Source: Lama guanicoe
Lineage: Eukaryota
Direction: 5' to 3'
Assembly: GCA_013239625.1 (NCBI GenBank)
Contig: MU053376.1
Span: 954,833-1,018,832, forward strand
DNA: 64,000 nt
Shown: positions 61,890-64,000 of the stretch, piece by piece
How positions within the stretch are numbered: position 1 is the first letter of the stretch
Layout: the number at the start of each line of letters is the position of its first letter
Made by a program: the position numbers and the translations under genes
The notes under the pieces: generated by a model
Told to the model about the DNA's origin: nothing
Seen by the model: only the letters and a program-made list of their open reading frames with translations
Database searches by the model: none

Positions 61890-64000
61890 ACCTAAAACGT
61901 TAATGTGGTCTTTATTATACAGCACATCTGGCATTTGTGCATCCCAGCAAGTGTACACAATACTCTATAAAACCAAACCCAGCCACTCAAAATTACACTA
62001 AATGAAGGCTTAACCCACAGTTGCGTGTCTTAAAAATACACACAAGTAACACTGTCCTGCTGTAACAATATCACAGAAAGAGACAGCGCAGGAAGGGAGG
62101 GTAAGAACTGACGTTTGTGCCAAAGCAATTTTCTTTTGTTATTGCACTTTTATTCTACACACTTAGTATGTTACACTTTTATTTAACACTGTAATAATAA
62201 ACATTAGTCCTTTAAAACAAACAAAAATGTTACATAAAGACAAAAGACAACAAGCTGTCCAGACCAATTTCCTTTTCAGCCCTCTGAGAAAGGTGCCCCC
62301 CGACTATCAGGTGTTTACACAGGGTCTCTGCCATCAGCTCAAATGGACTGGATGTTAACAAAGCAGATGAAGTTAAAAACTAAAACCCTTTTAAGAACAG
62401 TAGTGCTACTTAAAAACCCCCAAGGGAATTTGCAATACAGGTTTCTCTAGGTTACTTCCTCCTAACCCACTTTAACAGCATACTAGCCCTAACCCACGCC
62501 ACTCCCATGTTTAGAAGGATAAACTCTCTTTTTTTCTTTTAAAGAAAAAGTGGGTTATTTGATCCAGCAAATCCAAAAATCAAGCTTTGAAAACTCAAAG
62601 AAAGCAACTACTCTTTCTGGCGGTGGACTCTTCGAGGGCCATTCATCCCTCTCTGCTGCATCATGGACTTCGGAGTTTCCCTGCTTAGTCAGATGGAATA
62701 CCGCACAGGCCTTCTCTCCAAAGCAAGGCGAGACGGAGTCACCAAAGTGCCATTTTAATCACCAACCCCCCACGGCTTCTCAGTGCTAAAGAATGAGCCA
62801 CAAAATAAAGTGTCGTTCAGTGCAGTTATCACTTTGCAGCCCTGCCACCCCAAACCACTCATCCGATCAGGAAAAACGTTTGCCAACCCTTCTTGGGCAG
62901 CTCAAGCAAAAATGCAAAACAATGCACTGGAGAGCTGACAGGTCCCAGCTGAGGGTTCTTCCAGTCCCTCGTTTCTATCCGTGGTAGTAATGGATCCTTC
63001 CCTTCACTCTTTCCTTGAATTTTAGTGTTAAAAATTAGGAGAAGTTGCTGCCGAGGCTCTGTCCCCTTGAAACTGATGGAGTCACAAGGACTCTCTTTGG
63101 TCTGGAAAGAACCAGCACAGTCCTCCTCCTCAGAGAAGTGAAAGACTTGCTCAATCAATGAGTCACTCTCTGCAGAGGATCCAGGGGACCAGGGTGTGCC
63201 TGCGGAAACCTCACCCCAGCGAGCATCCCTCAGCCCACCCAAGCTGTCCTTGCCTCGCCGCTGGCTCCCCAGGCACAATGTCAGCTACTCTGGGGCCCCG
63301 GGCTCCGCCATGTTTTCTGATTGCTCTGCAGGAAGGTCCCTCACTCGGTTCTGAAGCAATGTAAGTGACCAGACTTCAAGCGCATTAAAAATGGCCAGGT
63401 GATCATTTTCAGGCTGGGGTAAACTGCCCTAATTAAGTGGATAAGAAGGACAGAACGCAGGAAGGCTAATTCTTTCATCCCATCCTTCCTTCCCCAGCCA
63501 CAATCTCACCTCACCACTTGGGAGCACATACAACCAAAGCTAGGAGGTAAAATCTTCAGGACTTTGGTCTTGCTGAGCCCTCTGTATCCCAAGTGCTGCC
63601 AGACTTCGAATATCTAGTGTCTTCCCGAGTAATATACAATACAGTACATTTCTGGCATCCCATCACTTAAATAACGGGTGCCAAGGAACAAAGAACCCAA
63701 AATTAGCAGACAATGTTATAAAACAAAAGCAAAGTGTACATATGTTATACGTATGTATTCCTGTACTCAGCCCGCTGAGTGTTTAAATAACACTTCCAAA
63801 TACCGACACGTGGACTTCGGCTGGCCCGGAGACTTTCAGGAATATTTTGCACCTTGTCTCAGAATACTCTTTTTTTAATGAACTATATAACACAACTAGA
63901 CATCTCCTTTACTAAGTACTAGCCCCTCCCTTGCTCTCTCTCCCTGCTCAGACAAAAAATGCGGGGATCTGCCAGAAAACTGGTGTCTGAGAGCAGACTA
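61890..64000 (-). other. DSTYK: Probable distal 3' UTR of dual serine/threonine and tyrosine kinase; PAS AATAAA at 61911-61916, others near 62148 and 62178
   Basis: Repeat-poor sequence that is U-rich on - with clustered PAS hexamers. Identity is by synteny only, with no CDS in the window. Confidence 0.6.

Overview
Mammalian genomic DNA, most likely a camelid: about ten tRNA-Ala-derived SINEs match what I recall of the camelid Vic-1 family. The window covers the syntenic block CNTN2(+) - TMEM81(-) - RBBP5(-) - DSTYK(-). TMEM81 is a complete single-exon CDS (7283-8113, 276 aa). RBBP5 is complete, with 14 coding exons mapped by hand between 11701 and 43504. They total 1617 nt (538 aa plus stop) and all introns are GT-AG. 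The window ends appear to hold only the 3' UTRs of CNTN2 and DSTYK, which I assign by synteny because no coding sequence is visible. The rest is L1, L2, MIR, LTR and DNA-transposon relics plus a 626-N assembly gap that looks like a young L1 insertion. I see no prokaryotic-type system. The most interesting signal is RBBP5's last intron (11730-17315). It is unusually poor in transposons and has three candidate 3' splice sites. One would add a 216-aa Cys/His-rich C-terminus (745-aa isoform), one a short terminal exon (550 aa), and one looks like a poison exon behind a 146-nt AG-free zone. Also notable are an RFX X-box + CRE pair upstream of TMEM81 and a 232-bp tandem duplication carrying CTCF-like motifs. 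All of these are unverified inferences, and some may already be annotated.
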